Source: an uncultured Chloroflexia bacterium (GTDB lineage Bacteria > Chloroflexota > Limnocylindria > Limnocylindrales > CSP1-4). From it: a stretch of DNA of 64,000 nucleotides. Below, in pieces: positions 9,642-19,138 of the stretch. The position numbers were made by a program, and so were the translations under genes. How positions within the stretch are numbered: position 1 is the stretch's first letter; the number at the start of each line of letters is the position of its first letter. The stretch lies in contig CAVVDB010000003.1 in the NCBI GenBank assembly GCA_963746865.1, positions 585,549-649,548 on the forward strand. Reading direction: 5' to 3'. The notes under the pieces are model-generated. The model ran no database searches. It worked only from the letters and a program-made list of their open reading frames with translations, and was not told the origin of the DNA.

Positions 9642-10514
9642 ATGAGCTGGCAGACGCCGGGCGGTGACCCGCCCCCCGATCCCGCGGCGCCGACATCCCC
9701 GGTTCCAGTGACCCCGTCGGCCGAACCGCCGGTCCCGGAGCCTGCTCCCGAGTCCACTCCCACCACTCCGCCACAAGGTCTGATCTCCGCGGCGCCCGTC
9801 GGCTGGGCTGCGACTGATCAGCCGGCGGCGTCGGGCGCCGCGCCAAGCGGGCCGGAGGTCGCCTGGGCCCCACCGGCAGCAACGGCCGCCGTGTCCATGG
9901 GCGAGGGTTGGGTCATCGCCGGGGTGTTCTCTCGGCTGGTGGCGTATTTCATCGACTACGCGCTCCTTGCCATCGCCAGCCTTGTGATCTTCTGGACACT
10001 CGGACGGTTCCGTGGTGGCAGCCTGACGGATGCCTTTGTGCCGACGACGGGCTGGCTCGTGGCAAGCGTCGTCTTCCTGCTCGTCGACGCGATCTACTTC
10101 GTCGCCTTCTGGCGGAGTCCGTGGCAGGCCACCATCGGGATGCGCCTGATCAAGGTGCGGGTCCTTCGCTCGGTCGACGGTGGGACGCTTTCGATGAATT
10201 CGGCGGTCACCCGCTGGTTCGGCCTCAGTGGCCTGCCTCAGCTGCTTGGGTACATCCCGTTTCTCGGAAGCTTCATAAGCCTCATCTGGGAGATCATCCT
10301 GCTGATCACGTCGGCCAGCCACCCTCTTCGCCAGGGACTTCACGACCGGTGGGCTGGCTCGGTGGTCGTGCAGCCGGCGCCGGGTGGATCGGGCGCGGCG
10401 ATCATCGGCTGCCTGCTCCTGATCGCGATCCCGATCATCCTGTTGATCGTCCTGCTGTTCATGCTTGGCCCCCAGATCCGCGACATCTTGTCGCAGGTAG
10501 GAGATTCCATCTGA
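9642..10514 (+). CDS. RDD family membrane protein with Pro-rich N-terminus
   Basis: RDD-type core (...AYFIDYALLAIASLVIFW...RSPWQATIGMRLIKVRV...); start chosen at ATG 9642 with GGAGG 5 nt upstream, alternative ATG 9612; C-terminal tail ...ILSQVGDSI. Confidence 0.7.
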   Translation: MSWQTPGGDPPPDPAAPTSPVPVTPSAEPPVPEPAPESTPTTPPQGLISAAPVGWAATDQPAASGAAPSGPEVAWAPPAATAAVSMGEGWVIAGVFSRLVAYFIDYALLAIASLVIFWTLGRFRGGSLTDAFVPTTGWLVASVVFLLVDAIYFVAFWRSPWQATIGMRLIKVRVLRSVDGGTLSMNSAVTRWFGLSGLPQLLGYIPFLGSFISLIWEIILLITSASHPLRQGLHDRWAGSVVVQPAPGGSGAAIIGCLLLIAIPIILLIVLLFMLGPQIRDILSQVGDSI

Positions 10515-10519
10515 GAGCC

Positions 10520-11116
10520 ATGACCGAGCCCCACGACGTGCAGTTCTTCGCCACGGCGTCGGAGCTGCAGGCTTGGTTCGACGAGAACCACGCGATGGTC
10601 AGTGAACTCTGGCTCGGGTACTTCAAGAAGGGGTCGAGGCGCCCGAGTGTGACCTGGTCCGAGGCGGTGGACGAGGCGCTGTGCGTGGGCTGGATCGACG
10701 GGGTCGTGCGCCGATTGGACGACGTCAGCCACGTCCAGCGGTTCACGCCGCGTCGCAAGGGGTCGACCTGGAGTGCCTTCAACGTGGCGCGGATCGCGGT
10801 CCTCACGTCGCAGGGTCGGATGCGTCCGGCCGGGACGCGCGCCTTCGAGGCCCGGACGGTCGCCCGGACCGGGATCTACTCGTATGAGCGGCCGGTCGAG
10901 GCGCTGACCGATGAGGAGCTGGAGCTCTTCCAGGCGGATCCCGATGCCTGGGAGGATTGGGAATCGCGCCCGCCGTCGTATCGCAAGGCGGCCCTCCACT
11001 GGGTGGCCAGCGCCCGCCAGGTGTCGACCCGGGAACGTCGGATCGCCGCATTGATCGAGGAATCGAGGGCGGGTCGGCCGATCAAGCCGCTGGCCTGGAC
11101 GCGGAAGAGCGCCTGA
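10520..11116 (+). CDS. YdeI/OmpD-associated (OmdA) family protein
   Basis: Conserved WSEAVDEALCVGWIDGVVRRLDD...RFTPRRKGSTWSAFNVARIAVL region. Confidence 0.7.
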   Translation: MTEPHDVQFFATASELQAWFDENHAMVSELWLGYFKKGSRRPSVTWSEAVDEALCVGWIDGVVRRLDDVSHVQRFTPRRKGSTWSAFNVARIAVLTSQGRMRPAGTRAFEARTVARTGIYSYERPVEALTDEELELFQADPDAWEDWESRPPSYRKAALHWVASARQVSTRERRIAALIEESRAGRPIKPLAWTRKSA

Positions 11117-11154
11117 CGATCCTCGCCGGGCGGCCGCGCATGCATCCCACTCAT

Positions 11155-11262
11155 GGAAATCGCCCCGGACGAGCGTGGCCACCCCCGTTATCTGACGAAT
11201 CCTGCCCACGGCCAAGCGCGTAGAACGTGATTCTCATGCCTGAGACGCATGGCCCCGTGCGT
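11155..11262. repeat. intergenic repeat family, copy B
   Basis: GAAATCGCCCCGGACGAGCGTGGCCACCCC ... GTGATTCTCATGCCTGAGACGCATGGCC; aligns with copies A and C. Confidence 0.5.
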
Positions 11263-11321
11263 CCCGCCGTTACCGGGCGAGCGTCGGGCGAGAAGGGTCG
11301 GGCGCATGGCATCATCCCCCC

Positions 11322-11711
11322 ATGCCACCGATCTACGAACTGACCCGCATCGAGCCCGCCCACATCGAGCGGCTCGATCACCAGGGGATCTTCACGACCG
11401 GGCTGCTGCTCGAGGTGTCGGAGACGCCGACGCGTCGCCAGACCCTCGCGGACCAGGTCGCCGCGGATACGACCGACGTCCTGATGTGGCGCGATGAGGC
11501 GCTGATGCTCAATCTGGCAAGTTTCGGGCCGGCCGAGCATCAGCTGATGATCCAGGCCCGCATCGAAGGGCTCCGCGCGATCCTGGACGTTGACCTGCCC
11601 ACGTTCCGGGAACGGGTCCATCGCGCCTCCGGCGAGCTGGGCGTGGACCCGCCCAGCGACCTCACCCTCGAGGGTTGGTGGGACCAGGCCAAGACCCTCG
11701 AAGACGAATAG
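11322..11711 (+). CDS. DUF4332-like protein
   Basis: 129-aa ORF, helix-hairpin-helix-like repeats; weak family call. Confidence 0.5.
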   Translation: MPPIYELTRIEPAHIERLDHQGIFTTGLLLEVSETPTRRQTLADQVAADTTDVLMWRDEALMLNLASFGPAEHQLMIQARIEGLRAILDVDLPTFRERVHRASGELGVDPPSDLTLEGWWDQAKTLEDE

Positions 11712-11757
11712 GCCGTCCTCGACCGGCCTCCGCGCGCGAACGGGCTAGGATGACCAG

Positions 11758-12444
11758 GTGAAGCGCCGTGTCACGTTCTTCCTGATCGCCCTGGCTACCG
11801 CGATCGTCATCGTCGCGGCCGGGATCCTGCCGTTCCTGACGCCCCAGTGGATCGCCTTCGAGCAGGGACGATCGGGGGCCGCGGCCTGGACCGGCTTCAC
11901 GCCCGAGGAGCTTCGAACCGCCACCGACGCGATCCTGGCCGACCTCGTCTTCGGCGGCGACTTCGACGTCGAGATCAACGGAGCGCCCGTCCTGACCGAA
12001 CGCGAGCAGGCGCACATGGCCGACGTCCGGACGGTCTTTCGCGGGCTCTGGATCCTCGCTTCGATCTCGCTGCTGCTGCTTGTATTCGCGAGCTGGCGGC
12101 CGGATCGGGTCAGGACCTGGCAGGCGGTCCGGCGCGGTGCGCAAGGATTGACGGTCGGGGTGGTCATCGTCGGCGTGGTCGGGCTGCTCGCCTTCGACCA
12201 GCTATTCGAGATCTTCCACAAGGTCTTCTTCCCGGCCGGGTCGTACCTGTTCGACCCGACGACCGACCGCCTCGTCCAGCTCTTCCCGTTCCAGTTCTGG
12301 CAGGAGACGGCGATCGCCGCCGGTGTCGTCATCATCGCGATCTCGCTGGCGACGGCGTACGTGGCCGGTCGGCGGATGCGACATCACGCCGACGTGGTCG
12401 ACCGCCCGCCGGACTTGCTGCCGGTAGCGGAACGAACCGCGTGA
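11758..12444 (+). CDS. TIGR01906/DUF1461 family integral membrane protein
   Basis: N-terminal and two further TM segments with the conserved FHKVFFP...W.F motif; stop overlaps moeA start (GTGA). Confidence 0.6.
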   Translation: MKRRVTFFLIALATAIVIVAAGILPFLTPQWIAFEQGRSGAAAWTGFTPEELRTATDAILADLVFGGDFDVEINGAPVLTEREQAHMADVRTVFRGLWILASISLLLLVFASWRPDRVRTWQAVRRGAQGLTVGVVIVGVVGLLAFDQLFEIFHKVFFPAGSYLFDPTTDRLVQLFPFQFWQETAIAAGVVIIAISLATAYVAGRRMRHHADVVDRPPDLLPVAERTA

Positions 12445-13775
12445 GCGCACCGATCGCGCCCGGGCTGCTCTCCGTGGAGGCGGCACGGGATGCCATCCTG
12501 GCCGTCGCGGAACCGGTCGACACCGAACGGGTGGCCGCCGCGGACGCGCTCTCTCGCGTCACGGCCGAGACCGTCACCGCCGCCGTCTCCCTGCCGCCAT
12601 GGCCGAACTCCGCGATGGACGGGTATGCGATCCGGGCCGCCGACACGAGCGGCGCAGGCGAGGCGACCCCGGTCGAGATCCAGATCATCGGCGACATCGC
12701 GGCGGGTGCGGCTCCGGACGTGGTCGTCGGCCCCGGCACCGCGGCCCGGATCGCGACCGGCGCCCGCCTCCCCGATGGCGCCGATGCCGTCGTGCCGGTC
12801 GAGGCGACGACTCCGCTCGATGCCGCGCGGCGCCTCGGCCCACGCGGCCGCGACGCCACCGGCCCGCTGCCGGCGGCCTGCCTCGTCCACGAACGGGTCC
12901 CGCTGGGCGGTTCCGTCCGTGCCGCCGGCAGCGACCTGACCGCCGGCGCCGTCCTGCTCAGACCTGGGACCGCGATGACCGCGGCCGCTGTCACCCTGGT
13001 CGCGGGAGCCGGCGTCAGCGAACTGCTTGTCCATCGCCGGCCACGCGTCGCCGTCCTCGCAACGGGCGACGAGGTCCGCGCCCCCGGCCAGCCGCTCGGT
13101 CCGGCCGGGATCCCAGATGCGAACGGCCCGGGCCTTCGTGCGCTGGTGACCGCCGCGGGCGGCGAACCGATCGACCTCGGGATCGCCACCGACGACCTCG
13201 ACGACGTCCTGACCCGCCTCCGCCGAGGCCTCGACGAAGGCGCAGACGCCCTGATCGTCTCGGGCGGCGTCTCGGTCGGGCCGTACGACGTCGTCAAGAC
13301 CGCCATCGAATCGATCGGCCGGATCGACCTCTGGCGCGTCGCGGTCCAGCCCGGCAAGCCGTTCGCCTTCGGCGTCGCGACGCGGCCCACCGGCGGCGCC
13401 CCGGTCCTGCTGTTCGGGCTTCCCGGGAACCCCGTCTCGTCCGCGGTCACCTTCGAACTCTTCGTGCGCCCCGCCATCCGCAGCCTCGCCGGCCGCACCG
13501 ACCTCCTCCGGCCGGTCGATCGCGCGGTCCTCGGCGAGCCCGTCGAGAAGAGCCATGGTCGGCGCGCGTTCATCCGGGTCGAGGTCGATCGCGACGCGAC
13601 CGGCGCCCCGATCCGCGACGCCAGGGGCCGCGTCCCCGTCCACCTCGCGGGCGGGCAGGGGAGCCACGTCATCTCCGCCCTGGCGGCCGCGGACGCTCTG
13701 GCGGTCATCCCCGAGGCCGACGATTCGCTCCCCGCCGGCGCCGAGGTCGCGCTCTGGTGGCTCGACCGCGGGTGA
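12441..13775 (+). CDS. moeA: molybdopterin molybdotransferase MoeA
   Basis: MoeA motifs: PPWPNSAMDGYA, GGVSVGPYD, LPGNPVSSAVTFELFVRP; GTG start overlapping upstream stop. Confidence 0.85.
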   Translation: MSAPIAPGLLSVEAARDAILAVAEPVDTERVAAADALSRVTAETVTAAVSLPPWPNSAMDGYAIRAADTSGAGEATPVEIQIIGDIAAGAAPDVVVGPGTAARIATGARLPDGADAVVPVEATTPLDAARRLGPRGRDATGPLPAACLVHERVPLGGSVRAAGSDLTAGAVLLRPGTAMTAAAVTLVAGAGVSELLVHRRPRVAVLATGDEVRAPGQPLGPAGIPDANGPGLRALVTAAGGEPIDLGIATDDLDDVLTRLRRGLDEGADALIVSGGVSVGPYDVVKTAIESIGRIDLWRVAVQPGKPFAFGVATRPTGGAPVLLFGLPGNPVSSAVTFELFVRPAIRSLAGRTDLLRPVDRAVLGEPVEKSHGRRAFIRVEVDRDATGAPIRDARGRVPVHLAGGQGSHVISALAAADALAVIPEADDSLPAGAEVALWWLDRG

Positions 13776-13829
13776 TCCGGCGCGTCATGATGCGTGCCTG
13801 ACGCGATCGCCCAGACTCCGGAGGACCTC

Positions 13830-14417
13830 ATGGAATCGAGACCGCAGCCGCGGGCCGAACGGCGGCGGCTCTCCCACGTCGACCGGGCCGGCCGGCCGCG
13901 GATGGTCGATGTCTCCGACAAGCCGATGACCGCGCGCCGCGCCGTCGCCGAAGCCCTGGTCGCCGTCTCGCCCGAGACGATGAGCCTCGTGATCGACGGG
14001 GGTGGCAGCAAAGGGGACGTCCTGGGCGTGGCGGAACTCGCCGGCGTGATGGGCGGCAAGCGGACCAGCGACCTCATCCCGCTCTGCCATCCGCTCGCGC
14101 TGACCGACCTGAGCGTGGCGATCACCCCGGACCGCGCCGCCGGCGTCCTCCGCATCCGTGCCGAGGCCGCCACGACCGGCCAGACCGGGGTGGAGATGGA
14201 GGCGATGACCGCCGCGTCGGTCGCCGCGCTGACCGTCTACGACATGGTCAAGGGCGTTGAGCGCGGCGTCGAGATCCGGGGGCTTCGGCTTGTCTCCAAG
14301 ACCGGCGGCAAGAGCGGGACCTGGGTCCGCCAGGCGCCCCCCGAGGTGCACACGAAGCCTCGCCCGGGTTCCCGCGTCGCCGGTCGCGTGGGGTCGAAGC
14401 GCAAGGGGCCTGGGTGA
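13830..14417 (+). CDS. moaC: cyclic pyranopterin monophosphate synthase MoaC
   Basis: LSHVD..G..RMVDVSDK, KGDVLGVAELAGVMGGKRTSDLIPLCHPL; GGAGG 5 nt before ATG 13830 (track ORF begins at 13794). Confidence 0.85.
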   Translation: MESRPQPRAERRRLSHVDRAGRPRMVDVSDKPMTARRAVAEALVAVSPETMSLVIDGGGSKGDVLGVAELAGVMGGKRTSDLIPLCHPLALTDLSVAITPDRAAGVLRIRAEAATTGQTGVEMEAMTAASVAALTVYDMVKGVERGVEIRGLRLVSKTGGKSGTWVRQAPPEVHTKPRPGSRVAGRVGSKRKGPG

Positions 14418-14908
14418 CGCGCTCCGCCCTGGTCATCACCGCCAGCGACGGCGCCGCCGCGGGCGTCCGCGAGGACGAATCGGGCGACCGTGTCGGGGCA
14501 CGCTTGACCGCCCTCGGCTACGTGGTCGAGCGCCTCGTCGTCCCCGATGACCGCCCCGCGATCGAAGCCGCCCTCATCGACGGCGCCGCGCGCCACCCGC
14601 TCGTCGTGACGACCGGCGGCACAGGGCTGACGCCCCGTGACGTGACCCCCCAGGCCACCCAGGCCGTCGTCGACTACGAAGTCCCCGGGCTCGCCGAGGC
14701 GATGCGCGCCGTCGGGCGCACCTCGACCCCCTACGCCGACCTGTCGCGCGGCGTCGTCGGCGTCCGGGGTCGATGCCTCATCGTCAACCTCCCCGGCAGC
14801 CCGAAGGGCGCCCTCGAGTCGCTCGAGGCCATCGTCCCGGTGCTGGATCACGCCCTCGAGACCCTCGCCGGACCGTACGATCACGCGATCACGCCCGAGG
14901 GAGGCTAG
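14414..14908 (+). CDS. mog: molybdenum cofactor biosynthesis protein MogA/MoaB
   Basis: MogA fold motifs (VVTTGGTGLTPRDVTP, LPGSPKGA); GTG start overlaps moaC stop. Confidence 0.8.
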   Translation: MTRSALVITASDGAAAGVREDESGDRVGARLTALGYVVERLVVPDDRPAIEAALIDGAARHPLVVTTGGTGLTPRDVTPQATQAVVDYEVPGLAEAMRAVGRTSTPYADLSRGVVGVRGRCLIVNLPGSPKGALESLEAIVPVLDHALETLAGPYDHAITPEGG

Positions 14909-14916
14909 CGCGCGCG

Positions 14917-17034
14917 ATGTTCGACACGTTCGCCACGGTCCCGTTCTACCCGCTCGTCTTCTTCGTCTTCTGGGGCGCGGCCGCGTTCTTCCTCCTCGCG
15001 ATGGCCCGCCACCTCCGGGTCTTCGCGGTCGCCCGGCCGGACAGGCCGTTCGCGAACGTGCCGGTCCGGGTCGTCAGCCTCGTCCAGTACGCGTTCATCC
15101 AGTCGAAGATGTTCAAGGACCCGGGCGCCGCCGTGATGCACGCCGGCATCTTCTGGGGCTTCGTCCTGCTGACGATCGGCACGGCGAACATCGTCACCGG
15201 CGGGATCATCCAGGAGATCCTGTCGATCCCGCTCGACGGCCTGCTGTGGGCGCTGATCATGGCGATGCAGAACGTCGTCGCCTGCATCGTCCTGTTCTCG
15301 ATCGGCTGGGCGTACTACCGCCGGCTGATCAGCAAGCCGCGCCGCCTGACGTTCAACCGCGACGCGCTGATCATCCTCGGGATGATCGGTGGGGTCGTCG
15401 CCACCGAGCTGTTCGCGCAGGTCTTCGAGGTCGCGGCCCACGGCGACATCCCGGGCGCGTTCGTGGCCAACGCCCTCGCCATCCCGCTCCAGAACGTGCC
15501 CGACGCGATCCTGGAGGACATGTTCGCGCTCCTGTGGTGGGGCCACATCGCGCTGGTCGCGGCGTTCCTGTGCTACCTGCCGTTCAGCAAGCACCTCCAC
15601 ATCGCGACCGCCTTCCCGAACATCTTCTTCCGCAAGCTGGCGCCGCGCGGGGAGCTGCCCAAGCTCGATCTCGAGGACGAGAACGCGACGTTCGGGCTCA
15701 AGACCCTCCAGGACCTCGGCTGGAAGGACCTGCTCGACGGCTTCACCTGCACCGAATGCGGTCGCTGCCAGGAGGCCTGCCCGGCCTACAACACCGGGAA
15801 GCCGCTCAACCCCAAGGAGATGATCATGGGCATCCGCCACATGGCGGTGGATGCCGAGCACGGGATCGACATCATCCCGAACTCGCCGATCGTGCGCGAA
15901 ACCTACGGGCTGGAGGACACGAAGGTCTCGGCGGCGGCGCTGGCGAAACCGATCGTCGACGACGCCATCCCGTACGACGCGGTCTGGGACTGCGTGACCT
16001 GCGGGGCGTGCGTCGAGGCCTGCCCGGTGCTCATCGAGCACGTCGACAAGATCGTCGGGCTGCGGCGGAACCTCGTGCTCGAGGAGAGCCGGTTCCCGAG
16101 CGAGCTGACGACGGCCTTCCGATCGATGGAGAACCAGGGCAACCCGTGGGGCCAGCCGGCGTCGGCGCGGCTCGACTGGACCAAGCCGCTCGAGTTCGAG
16201 GTCCCGACGGTGGCGTCGATGGCGGCGGAGGGCCGACTGGGCGAGCTCGACGTGCTGTATTGGGTCGGTTGTGCGGCGGCGTTCGACACCCGCAACCAGA
16301 AGGTGGCGCGGGCGGTCGCGACGTGCCTGCACGCGGCCGGCGTGCGCTTCGCGATCCTCGGCCAGGAGGAGTCGTGCACCGGCGACCCGGCGCGGCGGAT
16401 GGGCAACGACTACGTCTTCCAGATGCTGGCGATGGGCAACGTCGAGACGCTCGACCGCTACGGGATGGGGGAGCGGACGATCGTGACCGCCTGCCCGCAC
16501 TGCTTCAACACGCTGGGCAACGAGTACGGACAGCTCGACGGGCACTACAAGGTCGTCCACCACTCGCAGTTCCTGGCCGACCTGGTGTCGTCGGGGCGGC
16601 TTGCGACGGTCCCGGAGGACGCGGGCTCGGAGACCGGCGACCATCGACCGGGGAGCGTCACCGTCCACGACTCGTGCTATCTGGCGCGCTACAACAATGT
16701 CATCGCCGCCCCGCGGGACGTGCTGGGCGCGGCGGGCGTGTCGATCACCGAGATGGAGAAGTCCGGCAAGTCGACGTTCTGCTGCGGCGCCGGCGGCGGC
16801 CGCATGTGGATGGAGGAGACCCGCGGCACCCGGATCAACGAGGAGCGGACGCGCCAGGTCCTGGCCACCGGCGCCGAGACGGTCGCCACGTCATGCCCGT
16901 TCTGCATGGTCATGCTGTCGGACGGGCTGGCCGCCGCGGATGGCGGGACCGCGGTCAACGCGATGGACATCAGCGAGGTGTTGGCGGCTCGGATCGCGTC
17001 CGTGCCGGTGGAGCGGCAGCTGCCGGTGATCTAG
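14917..17034 (+). CDS. membrane-bound (Fe-S)-binding oxidoreductase: NarI-like heme-b membrane domain fused to HdrD/GlpC-like CCG-domain protein (Rv0338c-like)
   Basis: N-terminal multi-TM domain, 4Fe-4S ferredoxin motifs CTECGRCQEACP / CVTCGACVEACP, and two CCG motifs (CPHCFNTLG, CCGAGGG...CPFC); start ATG 14917 after GAGGGAGG. Confidence 0.8.
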   Translation: MFDTFATVPFYPLVFFVFWGAAAFFLLAMARHLRVFAVARPDRPFANVPVRVVSLVQYAFIQSKMFKDPGAAVMHAGIFWGFVLLTIGTANIVTGGIIQEILSIPLDGLLWALIMAMQNVVACIVLFSIGWAYYRRLISKPRRLTFNRDALIILGMIGGVVATELFAQVFEVAAHGDIPGAFVANALAIPLQNVPDAILEDMFALLWWGHIALVAAFLCYLPFSKHLHIATAFPNIFFRKLAPRGELPKLDLEDENATFGLKTLQDLGWKDLLDGFTCTECGRCQEACPAYNTGKPLNPKEMIMGIRHMAVDAEHGIDIIPNSPIVRETYGLEDTKVSAAALAKPIVDDAIPYDAVWDCVTCGACVEACPVLIEHVDKIVGLRRNLVLEESRFPSELTTAFRSMENQGNPWGQPASARLDWTKPLEFEVPTVASMAAEGRLGELDVLYWVGCAAAFDTRNQKVARAVATCLHAAGVRFAILGQEESCTGDPARRMGNDYVFQMLAMGNVETLDRYGMGERTIVTACPHCFNTLGNEYGQLDGHYKVVHHSQFLADLVSSGRLATVPEDAGSETGDHRPGSVTVHDSCYLARYNNVIAAPRDVLGAAGVSITEMEKSGKSTFCCGAGGGRMWMEETRGTRINEERTRQVLATGAETVATSCPFCMVMLSDGLAAADGGTAVNAMDISEVLAARIASVPVERQLPVI

Positions 17035-17047
17035 GGGAGGCAAGTGA

Positions 17048-17428
17048 TTGGATCACGACGACGCGATGCGGATGCTCAAGTCGATCGCGAGGGCATTCGA
17101 CGAGCACGACCTCGACGGCATCATGGCCCACTTCGCTGACGACGCAGTCTTCGTGGGCCCGCGGGGCGTGGACGCATGGGGTACCCGGTTCGTCGGCTCG
17201 GATGCGGTCCGCGAGGCGTTCGCCGCGCGCTTCTCCGGGATCCCCGACATCCGATACCAGCAGGATGAGCACTTCGTCGACGGTGACCGCGGGGCGTCCG
17301 AGTGGACCTTGTCCGGAACGACCACCGATGGCCAGCGGATCGAAGTCCGGGGCTGCGATCTGTGGACCCTTCGCGATGGCAAGGTCATCAAGAAGGACTC
17401 GTACTGGAAGATCCAGACCACCGGCTAG
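17048..17428 (+). CDS. SnoaL-like / NTF2-fold protein
   Basis: 126-aa ORF with the typical alpha+beta cone pattern (FDEHDLDGIMAHFADDAVF...). Confidence 0.55.
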   Translation: MDHDDAMRMLKSIARAFDEHDLDGIMAHFADDAVFVGPRGVDAWGTRFVGSDAVREAFAARFSGIPDIRYQQDEHFVDGDRGASEWTLSGTTTDGQRIEVRGCDLWTLRDGKVIKKDSYWKIQTTG

Positions 17429-17493
17429 GGGTCTGAGGCGAACGTCCGCGCACAGTGCTCGCGTGAGCGGGCTAGGGACGTATCCTCGTCGGC

Positions 17494-17721
17494 GTGGGCG
17501 ACGTGTTGGGTGTTCCTGTCTGGCTGATCGTCCTGCCGCCGCTGGTCGCCCTGATCGCCGTGATCGTGTGGTTGGCCGTTCCGTCGCTCCGACGGAATCT
17601 GGGGCTTCGAATCGCCCTGATCCTTTCGGTCGGGATCGCCGGGATCGAGGCGATGATCATCATCCTGGTGATCGTGATGCTGGCTCTGTTCTCGGCCAGC
17701 GGCGGGACCGAGGCGCTCTAA
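17494..17721 (+). CDS. small hypothetical membrane protein (GTG start)
   Basis: 75-aa ORF with two hydrophobic helices; no homology recognised. Confidence 0.3.
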   Translation: MGDVLGVPVWLIVLPPLVALIAVIVWLAVPSLRRNLGLRIALILSVGIAGIEAMIIILVIVMLALFSASGGTEAL

Positions 17722-17728
17722 GGCGTTG

Positions 17729-17959
17729 CTACGCTCGCCGACGGAGTAGTCGGTCGAGGATGGTCCGCCGAGGTTTCGTCGTGGTCGCGATGGCCTCACC
17801 GATGGCCGGCGTTTGGCCGTAGTACTCGGCATGCTCGAATTCGCGCAGCTCGGCCTCGTCGAGCGCCCTCTGCGTGTCGCTCTTACCTGCCGGACCATCC
17901 GGAGCCAGGGCCTTGAGGATCGCGTCGCCCGAGATCGCAGGATTCGGTCGTCCAGTCAT
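17729..17959 (-). CDS. small hypothetical protein
   Basis: 76-aa ORF in otherwise empty region; weak. Confidence 0.25.
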   Translation of the reverse strand: MTGRPNPAISGDAILKALAPDGPAGKSDTQRALDEAELREFEHAEYYGQTPAIGEAIATTTKPRRTILDRLLRRRA

Positions 17960-18012
17960 CTCGTCAAACCGTGTACCCGGCCCTAGTCGTTGTCAAGGGA
18001 CACGGCACTCGA

Positions 18013-18405
18013 TCAGTCCCTGGTGGTGGCGGTCAAGTTCATCGTGAGGAGCACGCCGGGCTTCGGGAGCTCGTTGACGCCGATCACCGTCCTCGCCGGT
18101 CGATGGGCGCCCATCTTCTCGATGTAGGCGACGTTCATCGCGTCGAAGTCGCTCATCTCCTTCAGGAAGACGTTGACGTGGACGACGTGGTCCAGGTCGG
18201 AGCCGACGGAGTCGAGCATCACCGAGAAGTTCTCGAGGATCTGCGCCGTCTGCGACTCGACGTCCCGACCGGCAAGCTCGCCCGTCGCGGGATCGATCCC
18301 GGCGGTCCCGCCGATGGTGATCAGCCGGTCGACCCGCGCGATGTGGCTGTAGGGTCCGATCGGGGTCGGTGTGTTCGGTGGCGTGCTGGTCCGCACGTCA
18401 GGCAT
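18013..18405 (-). CDS. RidA family (YjgF/TdcF) protein
   Basis: PIGPYSHIARV...IGVNELP...L.EI. motif pattern of RidA. Confidence 0.8.
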   Translation of the reverse strand: MPDVRTSTPPNTPTPIGPYSHIARVDRLITIGGTAGIDPATGELAGRDVESQTAQILENFSVMLDSVGSDLDHVVHVNVFLKEMSDFDAMNVAYIEKMGAHRPARTVIGVNELPKPGVLLTMNLTATTRD

Positions 18406-18414
18406 GACGGGCTC

Positions 18415-19092
18415 CTAGGTTGGGTTGGCGGATGAGTGGCGCGGGTTCGTGGCGGCGAAGATCGCCATCGAGCCGACGACTTCGAGGTCCACGTGCTCGA
18501 ACGATGCCGCGAGGATCTCGCGGAGACCGTCCTCGGTGTCGTCGAGGTTGTCGAAGCCGCCCTGCCGATTGAAGGCCCACAGGTAGCGGCGGGCCAGCCA
18601 CGAGTGATTCCCCGATCGCCCAAGGACCGTCGCCCCGAAGAGCACCCCGGTCGGGGCCAGGACGGCAGCGATGTTGGCGACGGCCGGCGCCTTGCGCCCT
18701 ATCGGTCCCGGAAGGCAGTGGATCACGGCGTGCAGCGCGGCCGAGTCAAACGGTCCATCAACAGGCAACGGCTTCAGGACGTCCGCTTCAACGGCGGTGA
18801 CCCTGAGCCGGCGCAGGCGCCAGGAGGCGTACTCGAGGACGTCCGGGTTCGGGTCGAGGATCGTCACCTCGCTGCCGTCGGCGAGCCCGGAGTGGTCGAT
18901 GAAGTAGCCCGTCCCCGGACCGACATCGAGGTGCCGGTCGCGGATGTGCTGGCGATAGCCGTCGACCAGCCGGGACGTCGGGCTATGCCACACGAACCTG
19001 GCTGCAAAGCCGACAACGAGCGGGTCGTAGACCCTGAGCAGGCGCCGGCTGTAGTCGCGTTGCCCTTTCCAGGCCGGGTCGTCGCGGTCCAT
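18415..19092 (-). CDS. class I SAM-dependent methyltransferase
   Basis: Motif I LDVGPGTGYF; start taken at ATG 19092 (MDRDDP...), track ORF extends to 19227. Confidence 0.65.
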   Translation of the reverse strand: MDRDDPAWKGQRDYSRRLLRVYDPLVVGFAARFVWHSPTSRLVDGYRQHIRDRHLDVGPGTGYFIDHSGLADGSEVTILDPNPDVLEYASWRLRRLRVTAVEADVLKPLPVDGPFDSAALHAVIHCLPGPIGRKAPAVANIAAVLAPTGVLFGATVLGRSGNHSWLARRYLWAFNRQGGFDNLDDTEDGLREILAASFEHVDLEVVGSMAIFAATNPRHSSANPT

Positions 19093-19138
19093 CGGTCGGA
19101 CTCTACCTGCGACACGACGGGCGTGGGAAGATGCCGGC

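Noticed and set aside
12332-14173. 613-aa ORF on the minus strand opposite moeA/moaC (and similar long antisense ORFs at 14905-16668, 15246-17822, 19103-21055, 52822-55002, 1266-2012)
   Set aside because: Arg/Ala/Ser/Pro-rich low-complexity translations typical of stop-poor antisense frames in ~70% GC DNA; each overlaps a well-supported conserved gene on the other strand or frame.
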